Shown here: one piece after another, positions 61,677-64,000 of the stretch
Layout of the letters: each line of letters begins with the position of its first letter
Numbering within the stretch: position 1 is the stretch's first letter
NCBI RefSeq assembly: GCF_963921235.1
Contig: NC_086097.1
Location: forward strand, 55,616,001 to 55,680,000
Length of the DNA stretch: 64,000 nucleotides
Direction of reading: 5' to 3'
From: Mobula hypostoma
Taxonomy: Eukaryota
Position numbers and translations under genes: made by a program
Notes under the pieces: model-generated
Database searches by the model: none
What the model was told of the DNA's origin: nothing
The model's input: only the letters and a program-made list of their open reading frames with translations

Positions 61677-64000
61677 TGGGTTTTGAGCAATGAGGAAGGG
61701 TTAATTAGCGATCTTGTCGTGAGAGGCCCCTTGGGTAAGAGTGACCATAATATGGTGGAATTCTTCATTAACATGGAGAGTGACGTAGTTAATTCAGAAA
61801 CAAAGGTTCTGAACTTAAAGAGGGGTAACTTTGAAGGTATGAGACATGAATTAGCTAAGATAGACTGGCAAATGACACTTCAAGGATTGACGGTGGATAT
61901 GCAATGGCAGGCATTTAAAGGTTGCATGGATGAACTACAACAATTGTTCATCCCAGTTTGGCAAAAGAATAAATCAAGGAAGGTAGTGCATCCGTGGCTG
62001 ACAAGAGAAATTAGGGATAGTATCAATTCCAAAGAAGTAGCATACAAATTAGCCAGAGAAAGTGGCTCACCTGAGGACTGGGAGAAATTCAGAGTTCAGC
62101 AGAGGAGGACAAAGGGCTTAATTAGGAAGGGGAAAAAAGATTATGAGAGAAAACTGGCAGAGAACATAAAAACGGACTGTAAAAGCTTTTATAGATATGT
62201 AAAAAGGAAAAGACTGATAAAGACAAATGTAGGTCCCCTGCAAACAGAAACAGGTGAATTGATTATGGGGAGCAAGGACATGGCAGACCAATTGAATAAT
62301 TACTTTGGTTCTGTCTTCACTAAGGAGGACATAAATAATCTTCCAGAAATAGTAAGGGACAGAGGGTCCAGTGAGATGGAGGAACTGAGCGAAATACATG
62401 TTAGTAGGGAAGTGGTGTTAGGTAAATTGAAGGGATTGAAGGCAGATAAATCCCCAGGGCCAGATGGTCTGCATCCCAGAGTGCTTAAGGAAGTGGCCCA
62501 AGAAATAGTGGATGCATTAGTGATAATTTTTCAAAACTCGTTAGATTCTGGACTAGTTCCTGAGGATTGGAGGGTGGCTAATGTAACCCCACTTTTTAAA
62601 AAAGGAGGGAGAGAGAAACCGGGGAATTATAGGCCGGTTAGCCTAACGTCGGTGGTGGGGAAACTGCTAGAGTCAGTTATCAAGGATGTGATAACAGCAC
62701 ATTTGGAAAGCGGTGAAATGATCGGACAAAGTCAGCATGGATTTGTGAAAGGAAAATCATGTCTGACGAATCTCATAGAATTTTTTGAGGATGTAACTAG
62801 TAGAGTGGATAGGGGAGAACCAGTGGATGTGGTATATTTGGATTTTCAAAAGGCTTTTGACAAGGTCCCACACAGGAGATTAGTGTGCAAACTTAAAGCA
62901 CACGGTATTGGGGGTAAGGTATTGGTGTGGGTGGAGAATTGGTTAGCAGACAGGAAGCAAAGAGTGGGAATAAACGGGACCTTTTCAGAATGGCAGGCGG
63001 TGACTAGTGGGGTACCGCAAGGCTCAGTGCTGGGACCCCAGTTGTTTACAATATATATTAATGACTTGGATGAGGGAATTAAATGCAGCATCTCCAAGTT
63101 TGCGGATGACACGAAGCTGGGTGGCAGTGTTAGCAGTGAGGAGGATGCTAAGAGGATGCAGGGTGACTTGGATAGGTTGGGTGAGTGGGCAAACTCATGG
63201 CAGATGCAATTTAATGTGGATAAATGTGAAGTTATCCACTTTGGTGGCAAAAATAGGAAAACAGATTATTATCTGAATGGTGGCCGATTAGGAAAAGGGG
63301 AGGTGCAACGAGACCTGGGTGTCATTATACACCAGTCATTGAAAGTGGGCATGCAGGTACAGCAGGCGGTGAAAAAGGCGAACGGTATGCTGGCATTTAT
63401 AGCGAGAGGATTCGAGTACAGGAGCAGGGAGGTACTACTGCAGTTGTACAAGGCCTTGGTGAGACCACACCTGGAGTATTGTGTGCAGTTTTGGTCCCCT
63501 AATCTGAGGAAAGACATCTTTGCCATAGAGGGAGTACAAAGAAGGTTCACCAGATTGATTCCTGGGATGGCAGGTCTTTCATATGAAGAAAGACTGGATG
63601 AACTGGGCTTGTACTCGTTGGAATTTAGAAGATTGAGGGGGGATCTGATTGAAACGTATAAGATCCTAAAGGGATTGGACAGGCTAGATGCAGGAAGATT
63701 GTTCCCGATGTTGGGGAGGTCTAGAACGAGGGGTCACAGTTTGAGGATAGAGGGGAAGCCTTTTAGGACCGAGGTTAGGAAAAACTTCTTCACACAGAGA
63801 GTGGTGAATCTGTGGAATTCTCTGCCACAGCAAACTGTTGAGGCCAGTTCATTAGCTATGTTTAAAAGGAAGTTAGATATGGCCCTTGTGGCTACAGGGG
63901 TCAGGGGGTATGGAGGGAAGGCTGGGTTCTGAGTTGGATGATCAGCCATGATCATAATAAATGGCGGTGCAGGCTCGAAGGGCCGAATGGCCTACTCCTG
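61677..64000 (+). mobile_element. Young 5'-truncated CR1 with an uninterrupted ORF2 frame; runs to the window end
   Basis: Open from WVLSNEEGLI...GKSDHN through KSPGPDG, DFQKAFDKVPH, GVPQGSVLGP and FADDT to the stop at 63932. 3' UTR to 64000. Confidence 0.96.

Noticed and set aside
61551..63932. 793-aa gene
   Set aside because: The first ~42 codons are read-through from an unrelated repeat UTR. The rest is a 5'-truncated CR1 ORF2.

Overview
Eukaryotic, transposon-saturated intergenic or intronic DNA. The repeat content (esterase-ORF1 CR1 LINEs, Rex1/Babar LINEs, HE1-like V-SINEs, Penelope-like elements, fish-type L1) points to a cartilaginous fish, probably a ray; this is inferred from recognised repeat families, not from a search. 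I could not identify any host protein-coding exon with confidence. Most ORF-track entries are TE fragments or antisense shadows of them. Supported content: about 14 CR1 copies or fragments (two young, with open RT frames); several Rex1/Babar LINEs; RTE fragments; one R4/Dong-clade LINE next to a (TAA)n tract; two L1 copies; Penelope-like elements with type I hammerhead ribozyme motifs; three solo LTRs; a decayed 4.0 kb hAT transposon with TIRs and an 8-bp TSD; Tc1- and Charlie-type non-autonomous elements; and two V-SINEs. The most notable structures are: (i) an L1 insertion with a twin-priming 5' inversion, a 15-bp TSD and a 14-bp junction duplication; (ii) Penelope fold-back insertions with outward-facing hammerheads whose loopless stem III implies dimer cleavage; (iii) an uninterrupted 562-aa Rex1::CR1 chimeric RT ORF; (iv) a LINE insertion with a 3' tail at both ends inside one TSD; (v) two four-level TE nests. 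I found no evidence for a new multi-gene system. Boundaries of old elements are approximate.
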